Source of the DNA: Takakia lepidozioides
Taxonomy: Eukaryota; Plantae; Bryophyta
Direction of reading: 5' to 3'
Length of the DNA stretch: 64,000 nucleotides
Assembly: GCA_030704615.1 (NCBI GenBank)
Contig: CM060732.1
Location: 80,786,001 to 80,850,000 of the forward strand
Part shown: in pieces, positions 48,685-59,600 of the stretch
Layout: every line of letters starts with the position of its first letter
Position numbering within the stretch: position 1 is the first letter of the stretch
Program-made: the position numbers and the translations under genes
The notes under the pieces: model-generated
Seen by the model: the letters and a program-made list of their open reading frames with translations, nothing else
What the model was told of the DNA's origin: nothing
Databases searched by the model: none

Positions 48685-49128
48685 TCATCCTCTTGCACAA
48701 TGTGTAATCGCGGTGCACCCTCTCTCGTAAGGCCTAACAGGAGTGTTGGCAGAACCGCAATTGGGGGTATAGTAAGACCTGCCCGAGCCTGCAGGGCATG
48801 GAATGCGATCGTTCGACAGGGAGCCATACCCAATGCCACTAAAGTAGCTCCCCAGAATCCTTCGTGCTATTTCCGAGTCCACGATATTCTCCCCTTCTTC
48901 CTTGCACACACCTATGCTCACATCACATGACCTCTCTGCACTTGATGTTCCGAATGGATTATTGAGGTCCCTGGAGCTTGAAGACATAGCCGCCGGGAGC
49001 TTTGGATATAGCGATGAAGACCAATCCAAGTCTAACTCGCCTGCCATAGTTCTGCATACAGAACAGAGGACACTGAGACTAGATATAACCAAGAGAGAAT
49101 TAGATCGGTATCTCCTCCACTCGCCCAT
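48685..49128 (-). CDS. RALF: RALF (rapid alkalinization factor) peptide precursor, 147 aa
   Basis: Signal peptide, acidic pro-region, RRIL cleavage site, mature ...GIGYGSLSNDRIPCPAGSGRSYYTPNC...PYERGCTAITHCARG with four Cys. Confidence 0.92.
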   Translation of the reverse strand: MGEWRRYRSNSLLVISSLSVLCSVCRTMAGELDLDWSSSLYPKLPAAMSSSSRDLNNPFGTSSAERSCDVSIGVCKEEGENIVDSEIARRILGSYFSGIGYGSLSNDRIPCPAGSGRSYYTPNCGSANTPVRPYERGCTAITHCARG

Positions 49129-51426
49129 CTCCAGACACCGGGATACAATTGCAGATGGAATTGGGTCCTTGTTGGATACAATCTGACAGACGTAAAGATG
49201 GGTACCTAGAGCAGGCAAATCGAAAACAGACTAGAAACATAAGGGGGAGAGACTCAGACAAACTCTGGAGAGCGGGAGCGGGAATGAGTTCGCATTGCCC
49301 TCAAAACACTAGATCACAGCCCCTTTTATTTCAAAGATAGCTCACCAGTAGCCACAGTACTCACAACTTACAAGGTCTACCAGTTGAGGAAACGGTACAG
49401 AAACTGATTGCAAGTTGAGATCCACAGCGACTTTATTGTACCAAACTGGCAAGCAACAGGAGTCGCCATATTATTAGGCAAGGCATCATGCACTCTAGTA
49501 CCCATGGCAAGTGACCTCACTTAGTTGGCAATAGAGCCAAGGGTACCGACATACTACATGCACATGAATGCCATTCCGGAAGGTGTCTTGTATGCCCACT
49601 TGAATGCCATCAAGTATTTGGACGGGCGGTTATTCCTTGAAGGTGCTTCTCGGACGGCATATATGGAATGACCTGCGGAGCACGTCACAAACCATAATCA
49701 ATCTCCAAGTAAAAAACAAGTCATACCACACCTCTAGTCGTGCAGAGCTCACGATATGGTGTCATATTTAGAAACTAATAAGGCTGGGAGGCGGTGGCGT
49801 TGGCTTGTTGAGCGGTGATCAAAGTCCATGCAGTAGGTGACACTGGGACTGTCCTTGGAGCTATTCATGGAGCTGCCCAGAGCGACCATAAATGAGATTG
49901 TATACTGGAGGGACTCAGATCATCCATCAGTCCTTCTGGGTGCTGTTTTTAACACAGCCTGCCTGCCAGCAACCACTCTAATTTGTATGTGATAAGTTAT
50001 GTCTTGAGTCAGGATTCAGTTTCTGCCATCTCTTCTTCCGCTGCTCAGCAAAACACATGGGTGTTTGTCATAATAAACCTTGTTTTGCAGTAGATTGAGT
50101 GTACCGCAATGATCAACAATGATCTGCACCCAACACCCATCCTCCTCATCATTCATGCCCAAGATTCCTCTCCCACATCTTTGGACCAAGCATACATAGT
50201 TTTATGTCGCATTGACGTGGCCAAGACACTGCATTGATGCAGCTAAACCCGCTCATCAATACAATGGCAGCTAAACTCATCTGACTGTGTGCCATGTTTT
50301 GGCACCTATCATTCGTGAATGATACTTCTCCATCTCCACTATTTGCTTGCTCCTGCAACAAACAGTGGCTAACTTACTTACCACAAACAATCCCATCCTC
50401 AGGAGTCCCCAATATCCACATGTGAACACCATAGGTTTTTCCTGAATAAAATCGAAGGGCTGTACATAGGTATACTGTCGGTAGACAGGAGTCAGATCCC
50501 CAGCCAGCTCTGTAGCCTATATTGTACTAAGAAATGAAATGCAGTTTGGAGTCCTGAACATTATTGTATCCCATGTTCCTTGCCTTGATCCCACTAATTG
50601 GCGTCTGCAATGAATGGTGTCAGTTATGCAGAGCTACATTTACTCATCATACCTGCTGTCTGGATTTGGTCTTTATTTTTACTATCTCCCACCAAGTTTC
50701 TTCATGTTGTACAACTGTTTAACAACAATCTCTCCACCCTTTCAACATCCATCCATTCATGGGTACAATGAAAGAAGGGTTCTCTCGTACAGGGAGGATG
50801 CTGATACTTGAGCTCCAGAGCGCCTAATAGAAGCACCTTGAATGAATGATTGAACAGATAAAACATCCATAGAGGACTGCAATACCCCATTAGACACCAA
50901 AACACTGCGGCATCAAAACGTTCTGGGCCATCTAAGAACAATGCCAGTGTTGAAGATTCATCTTTCACAATCCAATAGAGCCATTACCTGTTCAGTAAGG
51001 AGTCCTTCATTTTTCGCAGATAGGAAGATTGGGAGATCGTTCCTGTGCATAGCAGCACACAGCAAAAGCACAAGATATCAAGACCAGAAACTTCTAATAT
51101 AAACTGGGGAAGGTTAAAATGTCTGACAAATTGCCAGAGCCAATTGCACTGGATGGTGGAAGGATTGGCAGGAGCACCTGGTTGTGACAAACACCCAACT
51201 CTGCTCAAGAGCCCTAAGCTTGCGGTGTAACTATCCTCACGTTGTATTTTGTTTGCTGAGGTTTATAAAATCCTTGAGTATGATTGAATCACTTATAGAT
51301 GCGTATCCATTTTGCATGTCTCACCGTCCTATGTGTGTGCATTTGCGAAAGAACGGAAGGACAGGAAGCCCAAAGAGAGGGTCTAGTGGAGAGTGTGGGA
51401 CAAGAATGCATCAAAACACACAGAGA

Positions 51427-51860
51427 ATGTACTCATAAGACATTTGCCCATGCCCCCATGCCCGGTTTGGGCAGAACAAGAGGGAACTACTGCCTTTGTA
51501 AGGGGCTCACTCCAGTAGTCTGACTTACCTTGATATAAACAACTTATTCGAGCTTTTCAGATTTCCTCTAGAAAGCCACAAAAGCATCAATTTGCCGTGT
51601 GCGAGCTGCCCAGCAATTAAACCCCAACAGGGCCAGGGCCTTGCTCTCAGCCCCGAGATTTTGAAAGTTGGTGAACAGACAGGGACTATGTTCTAGACGG
51701 TCCTAAAGACACTCTAGGATGAGAATACCCCAGACATTGTACCAGAAACTGGATATTTTCTTCGGGCCGTCCGCACGTACATCGGGCATTGACAATCTCC
51801 CTTTCCTCGTGGCATCTGTTTATTGTCCAAAGGAAGACTCCCTGCACAGAGTTTGAATTT
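51427..51860 (-). mobile_element. 3' fragment of the same LINE family as 9160-12097, joined into the PPR DYW domain
   Basis: KFKLCAGSLPLDNKQMPRGKGDCQCP matches the LINE C-terminus; shares the end motif TGTACTCATAAGAC. Confidence 0.85.
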
Positions 51861-53961
51861 CTTCCATTTGTGGATGCGATTCATCTTCAACCACAAACGT
51901 ATGCACATGGTTGTCAACCTCAATGGAGGAGCGACCTGGTTCCTCTCTGACACCTCTATCCTTCATCATTTTTCTCATCTTTGCAGTATCGTCCCACCTA
52001 CCAGCCGCAGCATAGATGTTTAACAGCAGGACATAAGTTGAAGCATCCTCTGGATCCCACTTGAGAAGAGCTTTTGCCGCACGTTCTGCCACCTCCACAT
52101 TGCAATGAATTTTGCAGGCACCTAGCAAGGCTCCCCACACTGCAGCATGTGGTTCAATTGGCATTTTGTCAATGAAGTCTTCTGCCACATCCAGTCGCCC
52201 TGCACGGCCAAGAAGGTCTACGATGCAGCCAAAATGCTCCACAGTAGGAGTGAGACCATAATACTGACTCATGGAATCAAAGTAGTGACAGCCTTCATCC
52301 ACTAGACCCACATGGCTACATGCGGAGAGAACACATATAAAGGAGATACCATTTGGCTTCAAGCCTTCTTGCTGCATTTCTTCAAATAGCAGCAGGGCTT
52401 CCATACCACACCCATGCTGTGCATATCCTGCAATCATTGCGTTCCAGGAGGCCACATTTCGGCGAGCCATATTGTCAAACACTTGGCGTGCATCCTTCAT
52501 GCTTCCGCATTTGGCATACATGTCAGCAAGGGCAGTCTCCAGAATGATATGTGGCGCAATTCCAGCTTTGATGACATCAGCATGAACCTGTTTGCCCTTC
52601 TCCAGGGCTGCAAGGCTGGCACACGCCTTGAGAGCACAAACAAATGTGATCCTATTGGGTGACACCCCTTCCCGGACCATTTGCTCATAGGTATTGAAAG
52701 CTTCCCTACCGTACCCATGTTGAGCATATCCCGCAATTATTGCACTCCATGACACCACATTTGGCTTCAAGCCTTCCTGTTGCATTTGTTCAAACAGTTG
52801 CAGGGCCTCACTAGCACACCCTTGCTGAGCATATCCTGCAATCATTGCACTCCATGACACCACATTTCGTCTAGCCATGTTGTCAAACACTTGGCGTGCG
52901 TCCTTCATGCTGCCACATTTGATATACATGTCAGCAAGGGCAGTCTCCAGAACAATATCTGGAGCAATTCCTGCCTTGATGATATCACCATGGACCTCCT
53001 TGCCCTTTTCCAGGGTTGCCAGACTGGCACATGCCTTCAGAACGCACACAAATGTGACCCTGTCAGGTGTCACCCCTACCCGCATCATCAGCTTGTACAT
53101 CTCGAAAGCCTCCCTGCCAGAACCATGCTGAGCATATCCTGCAATAATTGCACTCCATGACACCACGTTTGGCTTCAAGCCTTCCTCTTGCATTTGTTCA
53201 AATAGTCGCAGGGCCTCACTACTATACCCAAGCTGAGCATATCCTGCAATCATCGCACTCCACGAGATCACATTCCGTTGAGCCATATCATCAAACACAC
53301 GACGCGCATCCTTTATGCTAGAACATTTGGCATACATGTCAACAAGGGTATTCTCCAGGATGATATCTGGCACAATCCCAGCTTGGATGATGTCAGTGTG
53401 AATAGCTATGCCCTTTTCCAGGGCAGCAAGGCTGGCACACGCCTTGAGAACACAAATGAAAGTGACCCTGTTGGGTGTCACCCCTTCCCGTACCATTTCT
53501 TCATAGATCTCTAAGGCCTCCCTACCACAACCATCCTTGGCATACCCTGCCATCATGGTAGTCCATGTAAACACATCTCGTTCAGGCATTTTGTCAAACA
53601 TTAGACGTGCATCCACCACACTGCCGCACTTGGCATACATGTTCAAGAGGGTGTTGAGTACATAGATGTTTGGCTCAAACCCAGTTTGGATGATGTGGGC
53701 ATGCACCTGCTTTCCCTCTGTTAGACCTTTGATCTTGATGCACTCCTGCAAGAGACACACATAAGTACTCGAGTCTGCTGAAATGCCTCCTTCAGTAAAA
53801 ATATGAAGCGCCTCTTTTACTTTGCCTGCCTTACATAGTGTGCTCACATCCTCACAAGTACCAGAAAAGCTCTTGTTGGCTTCCTTTCTTGGTCCTCTTT
53901 TAAAAGCAGACAGCATGGAGCTGTCCCATTCAACAAACGGTGCCTGATTCACCTCTGCCAT
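51820..53961 (-). CDS. PLS-class PPR-E protein with truncated DYW domain (E+-like), 713-aa main exon
   Basis: Open L-S-P-L-S-P-P-L-S-P-P-L-S-P2-L2-S2-E1-E2 and PG box (EEPGRSSIEV). Switches into LINE sequence after HPQMEEI, so there is no HxE or CxxC. Confidence 0.92.
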   Translation of the reverse strand: MAEVNQAPFVEWDSSMLSAFKRGPRKEANKSFSGTCEDVSTLCKAGKVKEALHIFTEGGISADSSTYVCLLQECIKIKGLTEGKQVHAHIIQTGFEPNIYVLNTLLNMYAKCGSVVDARLMFDKMPERDVFTWTTMMAGYAKDGCGREALEIYEEMVREGVTPNRVTFICVLKACASLAALEKGIAIHTDIIQAGIVPDIILENTLVDMYAKCSSIKDARRVFDDMAQRNVISWSAMIAGYAQLGYSSEALRLFEQMQEEGLKPNVVSWSAIIAGYAQHGSGREAFEMYKLMMRVGVTPDRVTFVCVLKACASLATLEKGKEVHGDIIKAGIAPDIVLETALADMYIKCGSMKDARQVFDNMARRNVVSWSAMIAGYAQQGCASEALQLFEQMQQEGLKPNVVSWSAIIAGYAQHGYGREAFNTYEQMVREGVSPNRITFVCALKACASLAALEKGKQVHADVIKAGIAPHIILETALADMYAKCGSMKDARQVFDNMARRNVASWNAMIAGYAQHGCGMEALLLFEEMQQEGLKPNGISFICVLSACSHVGLVDEGCHYFDSMSQYYGLTPTVEHFGCIVDLLGRAGRLDVAEDFIDKMPIEPHAAVWGALLGACKIHCNVEVAERAAKALLKWDPEDASTYVLLLNIYAAAGRWDDTAKMRKMMKDRGVREEPGRSSIEVDNHVHTFVVEDESHPQMEEIQTLCRESSFGQ

Positions 53962-54451
53962 CCTGCATTACTCAAAATTCTCAGTTACGACCCTGACATT
54001 CAAAACTCGCAGAATAGAGGTCAAAGCTTCAGTGAAAGATATCTCTGATTCTTAACAGAGTCTTGGTGTATGTACAGTACTTCTTCATAGAGGGGGGTTG
54101 TTGGAGTGCTTCCGGTACGAGAGTCCCTCCTGTTTTACAGATGCAGACCTCCCAGAGTTCTGATGTTTCTCTATTCCTTGCATGCGATGTTCGGCTACGG
54201 GCTCTCAGAATTTTTAGCTGGAGTTGTGCAATGGAGTATTGATAGGACGCTTGCGGGGAGACAGTGAAACACCCTTAGCACATTCCAAGGAGCAGAGTTG
54301 TTTTGCTATTGAATGAAGGGGATATTCGATTCTCTTCCCTTATACCGAAATGATGCAGAAAACTTCTGTGTTGTTGGGGAACTTTACGCAAATTTTTATG
54401 TTGTTACTTCTTATCGGTGTGGACATGTGCACAGCTGGTAGAAGTACTCAC

Positions 54452-54564
54452 CATGGCTTTTCCCTGGCTACTTTCAGGTTCTCCAACTGACCACCTGCAA
54501 CTGTTTTGTAGCTATCAATCCCCAGTGCCTTGTTGGTGCTGAAATTTGGTCCAATATAATGGAT
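54452..54564 (-). other. Diverged PDF-like exon that splices in frame to the PPR exon at 53962
   Basis: gtgcag|IHYIGPNFSTNKALGIDSYKTVAGGQLENLKVAREKP-TG|gtgagt. Upstream intron agctgaaggag...gggtgcag matches the PDF intron-2 end; TG+G gives Trp before the ATG. Confidence 0.65.
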
Positions 54565-54771
54565 CTGCACCCACAATCCATTCAAGCCTCCTTCAGCTGT
54601 CTGCCCCAGTAACAAACATAAGCAGATGTTGTTCCTTGTTCCAAACAGTTGGCCAGTCATTTACTAGGGAAAATACACAACCTGCTAGACACGAATTCCT
54701 CTGCAGAATTGGTGGCAAAACTTAAAAGTGAGAGTGTGCACAACTAGAGAGGGGGAGAGATAGAGATAGAG

Positions 54772-54810
54772 AATGTACTCATAAGACGTTTGCCATAGGC
54801 TTGTGGCTGG
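54772..54810 (-). mobile_element. Very short 3'-end copy of the LINE family
   Basis: AATGTACTCATAAGACGTTTGCCATAGGCTTGTGGC matches 9160-9200. Confidence 0.65.
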
Positions 54811-56631
54811 AGGGAGAGAGGGAGAGGGAGACAGAGTGAGGGAGACAGAGACACCACATATGTCCCTACGGCATAAGCTTGCAGGACTTCCCCAGAGAGA
54901 GCGAGAGATTTTCCATCTGTGAGAGGCCCTTTGACACATTGAAAAAATAAGAATCGCGGAAAACAAATCCATAGAACAACAGATGGCTACTCACGCCAGA
55001 AGAAACAACAACCCAAGAATTAATAGAAGCCCAATAGCAATGGAATTCGGGCATTCCTTGGTGCCACTCAGAAGGCAGGAATTATTTACTTGTTCCCAAT
55101 CTCTTCGAACACTAAAGCTGTATTCAAGGAAATCCTCTAACTATCAACCCGACAATGCAGATGCGTGCGCTCTTCTAAATCATTGCGCTAACCTGCAAAG
55201 GGATTGCGGATGAGCCCCAAACAGAGCCTCCTTCCACGGCCGAGTAAATTACCGGTTGCTCTGTAGCGTCCATCCAAAAGACACATCAGTGACAACCACA
55301 CTCTTCAAAAGAATTCAGAAAGCTTTGATTGTTCCATGGACTATGTTATCATGTATAGATGGAAGTGCAGGTACTGGATTGATGAGCTGATAGCACCAAA
55401 AGCAAAGCAGTAACAACCTAAAAGTATTCACCTGAGATATATGCAACCCTTTCCAACAACCTCCACCGAAGCAGCATTGCCGACAATGTCCACCGCTCTT
55501 AAAACATTCCAACACCTCCTTGCACCAAGCACTCTTGCAAAAGCAAGAAGAGGGGACAGAAATGTACTGCTTAGCTGCCATCATTCCACATGCTGTCGCA
55601 GGTGGCAGACCCGCCACAACAATGCCCTCTGACTGGAAGGCATTCTTCGGTGCGAAGCTGCCATGTTGCGGTGAGAGGCAGACCCGGCAGAAAAATACCC
55701 TACAAATGGAAGACATTCTTCCGTGTGGAGCTGCCTCTTTGCAGTGAGAGAGAGAGAGGATCGAGCATACAGAGCTGGAGGCAGAGCCACTTTCAGTACC
55801 ATTCTGTTGACGCATGCTATGGGTGTGTGATGATTTATCAAAGTCTTCTTCTTTGAATCGGACTCTCTGTGCTTCGTTTAAATGTCACATTTGCCTATGC
55901 AATACCTCATCAATCTTGACTGATGTACCGCCGCTTTGCAGCATCTCTTCTATCTCTTTCCTCCTCGGGAAGAAGTTCAATTAGCCTCCTACCTCTGTAG
56001 TCTACTTCACTGCCCCTCTCCCTGCATCAACACCTATGTTCTAGCCATAGCTAATTTTACTCGTAAACACCAATATCTAATGCTACACCACCCCAGCCTG
56101 ATAGATTCAATGGTCCTCTGTTAGGTTTATCTTTAATCCGGATGCCTCATCCACTCTTTATCAGCGGACCACTTTAGGACTTACGATCAAGAAGTCATGA
56201 TCCGAAGAAGCAGTGCAAAATTGCTAAGGACATTCAAGAAATGTGTGCCTAAGTGGCGATGATTACCGACCAAGCAAACTTTCACTGACCTTCCATGAAT
56301 TAGCGTGTTTTAGAAAAACTTTTTTGTTTGCAGCTTGGTTTGTTAGTACGGATGCTTGAGTGGTAACTAGTAACCTTGATCAATCGAAGTTCTTTCGGAT
56401 TTGCTCACCAGGTAGGCGTTGATTCTGTCGAAGAGCTCCTGTCACGGATTTAGGTGCAAGAATCTGCCGGATTCAAGCACGTAGTCATCCTGTAATAAGA
56501 ATTTGTGTGATCTTGACAGCTGACAATCTGGGAATATTTGAGTTGCTGAGTTGATTTGTGGCGAGACGCAGTTCTTTAGTTTCATGCTTCTTCCCCTTTC
56601 CCACGCTGTGAAGACGAGAGGCATTGATGCC

Positions 56632-59600
56632 ATGAATGTAGCAAGCTTAAACACAGTAATTGCAGGTTGTGTTTCTTGCCATGAGGATATCAGATCAATG
56701 AAACCAATGAAGAGAGCATTGCGGTGCAGTTCAGACAACCGCTGGTTGCAATTTCCCAGCGAAATTTTTTCGTTGAGATTCTGTACCGTGATTGTCAGAC
56801 CTCTTTCTCCCACGACCCGGTTTGATCACGAAAATGCTTTTCTGCCATTTCAAAGGACAAACTCCAACGAGTGCGCGCGGTGGCGGGTCGGTTCGTTCTT
56901 CAGAAGAAGGTGTCATGGCCATTGTATGAATGTGAAGACCGTGAATGCCGTCGGGGCTCTCGAAGGAACTAGGTCCCGTGGTGGTGGCGATGGCTTCGAT
57001 ACAACCTGCTTATCAATCATGCAAGCCACTTTGGAGTCTATACGCTCTGCAGGTGTTATTGCCTGCCTCAGATCAGAGAGGTAGTCTTTGTGTCCCCCCA
57101 GACCTTCCATCCTTGTCCTCAACATTAGATTCTTGGCTAGTGCAACTGGATTGGATTAGATTGAGATGTCTGGAGACATTGGAGTTCAGCAATTATGTGA
57201 CTGGAATGATTGCCTGTATGAACTGGCCAGTTCTCTCCAGGGTTCAGGGTTTTAGATCAGGAATCGCTAGGAAATGGTCTCGAGCTGAGTGAGATGTTAC
57301 CGGATGCAGCGTGATCGCTGATGTGGTTATGGAAGAAACTGATTATGGCCTAGGAATCGGGCCCCTCTCTCTTTCTTGTTACATGTCGCTAAAAATGAAT
57401 CCACTGTGTAGTTTTCTCTCAGCCGATTATATATCTTCCGTTGTCCAAATGCAACCGTTTGTTTGATAGTCCGGGAGTAGTCTCAAAGGGTTTTGGAAGG
57501 GCAGTGCAGATCTCGCACTGGGGGCTGGTCGGGCAGCACTTGATGGTGGAGTATCTGTGGTGAGTTGCTAAGTTGCCCTGATCTTCATTCTTTTTCTTCT
57601 AAAGGTAGCAGCTGGCATGTGGTTCTTTGTTATGGAGGATGAGACAATAACTGGTGCGCATGCATGTGAACGAGTTGAAAAAGCTTTATAATGTCCAAGA
57701 GAGAGAGAGATATGTCTAGACATTCCTTGGACAGACAGTTCAGATAATGTTCTCATAAGACATTGTTTGCCATAGCCTTGTGGCCATACACCCTGGGCGG
57801 AAAAAGAGGGAACAGACACTACCTAATATTCAGGTGCTTGAAAATCTCCTCTACCCTTTCCTGCCAGGACTTAGCCTGTGAACGGACGGTCTCACTTCCA
57901 AGAACTAGAGTCAATTACATGGGATTCAACTGACCCCACCATCTGACCTTGAACTCATTCAAGGGCGGTATGACAACTCTCCCGAACAGCCACAGTAGCT
58001 GTTCTAGAGCTTGCTGACATTTCAGACAGTTCAGAGGGAGACACACAATGAGATTAACAGGCAAGGGTGCTGCTAGACAACATCTGAGTGGATGCTCACA
58101 GGAGAGAAACATGCCATAGAGGAATGCAAGGGTGATACAGTTGTGAGCAGTTTCTTCCAGCTGTGTGTATGTTTGAGAGTGAGGGACAGGAAAGCAATCA
58201 GTAACCGGAAAAAATTCGTTCTAGGCTCACACCTCTCCTGGTTTCATGAGTTGATCCCTTCCATTGATAGCAAATTTGTTAGCTAAACTTTGGCATTTAT
58301 GTAAGGTCCACCGTCTTGACACTTGGTTGTTCATTTGGCTGGGACTGATGTGGGCAATGGGTAGCTGGAGGTGACAATGACAACCCCAGGGGCTGTTAAG
58401 GTACTTTGCACCTCTCATTTCAACTTTCGGACCAAATCTTACATGGGTTGCTATGCTGGTTTTCAAGGTGCCCAGCAGAGTTGTGAATGTGTGTGAAGTG
58501 AGCAAAGGGAAATATGGAAACTTAATAACATCCATCGAGAGCCAAAGAGCTTGTGGGACAAGAAAATGCAACAAACAAGAAGGCACTAGAAATCCACGCC
58601 AAAATTGGTGCACCCAATCAAGATCTGCTACCAAGCAGACACAAAGGCACTCCGCTGGAGGCCGAAAGGGCCCAAGGGACACCTGTAAAACATGCACAGA
58701 GAGAGAAAGAGAATTGATGCCCTCAAAAGTCCAGTAGGGTGTATTGGTGGTTCACCTGCAAATGCTGATGTCTGTATCAGTTATTGTGTTGGGATTGCCT
58801 TCGCCCTTTGACATTTCACTCTCTGCAAATGGTGTCACTGTTCTGTGGACAGGTCATTCAGAGACTCATGCTAGAATATCCATCAGCAAATATCGGGGTA
58901 TTACTTTCCTTTCTCTTTGTTAAGATGTGAATTGCTATCAGGACTATTTTCGCTTTGAAATCACCTGCTTGCCTTCAATAATCATGCTGCTCTTTGGAAC
59001 TCTTGCATTGTTGACAAACTTATCAATTGGCTTTCTCTCACTCACCCCAGTAACTACGAGAATCACAGGACAGCAGAACTTATTTCAGCGTCTCAGGGTT
59101 TCAGGCAGGTACAGTGCTGACAAGGGAGGAGGCAGAAAAAGCCAAAGAAGCAGGGGCTAAATTTCTCATGAGTCCGGTCGCCATCCAGGTGCAGCAGTGC
59201 CACCAACACTGAACATCATTTTCTCTTATTGTGTCATCTCTCCAGCTTCGTAGAGGATGTACATTATCTTTGGCATCCAGTTTTGGTATCCAATTCAATT
59301 GTTCTTTGTTTCTGTCCTTGTTTGTTGTCCAGATACATTTGTGGCGGGATCAGACATGTCTTTTTCAATCAGTAGAAGGTCTTATTGCAGGACAAATCCA
59401 TTACAGCTGCAAAGGCTTGTCTTTAATCACAGTAATCTACCTACTATCAATGGGATTGCAGCTAGCAACTCGGACTGCCATTAGCTTGTGAGATTTTGAG
59501 GATTCAAGGAATCATCATCATTGCAAGGAACGGGAGGCTTAAGTTTGTCAGTTCATTTGTTGTAGGAAATTGTACTTGCACACAACAATGGGCCTGTTCT

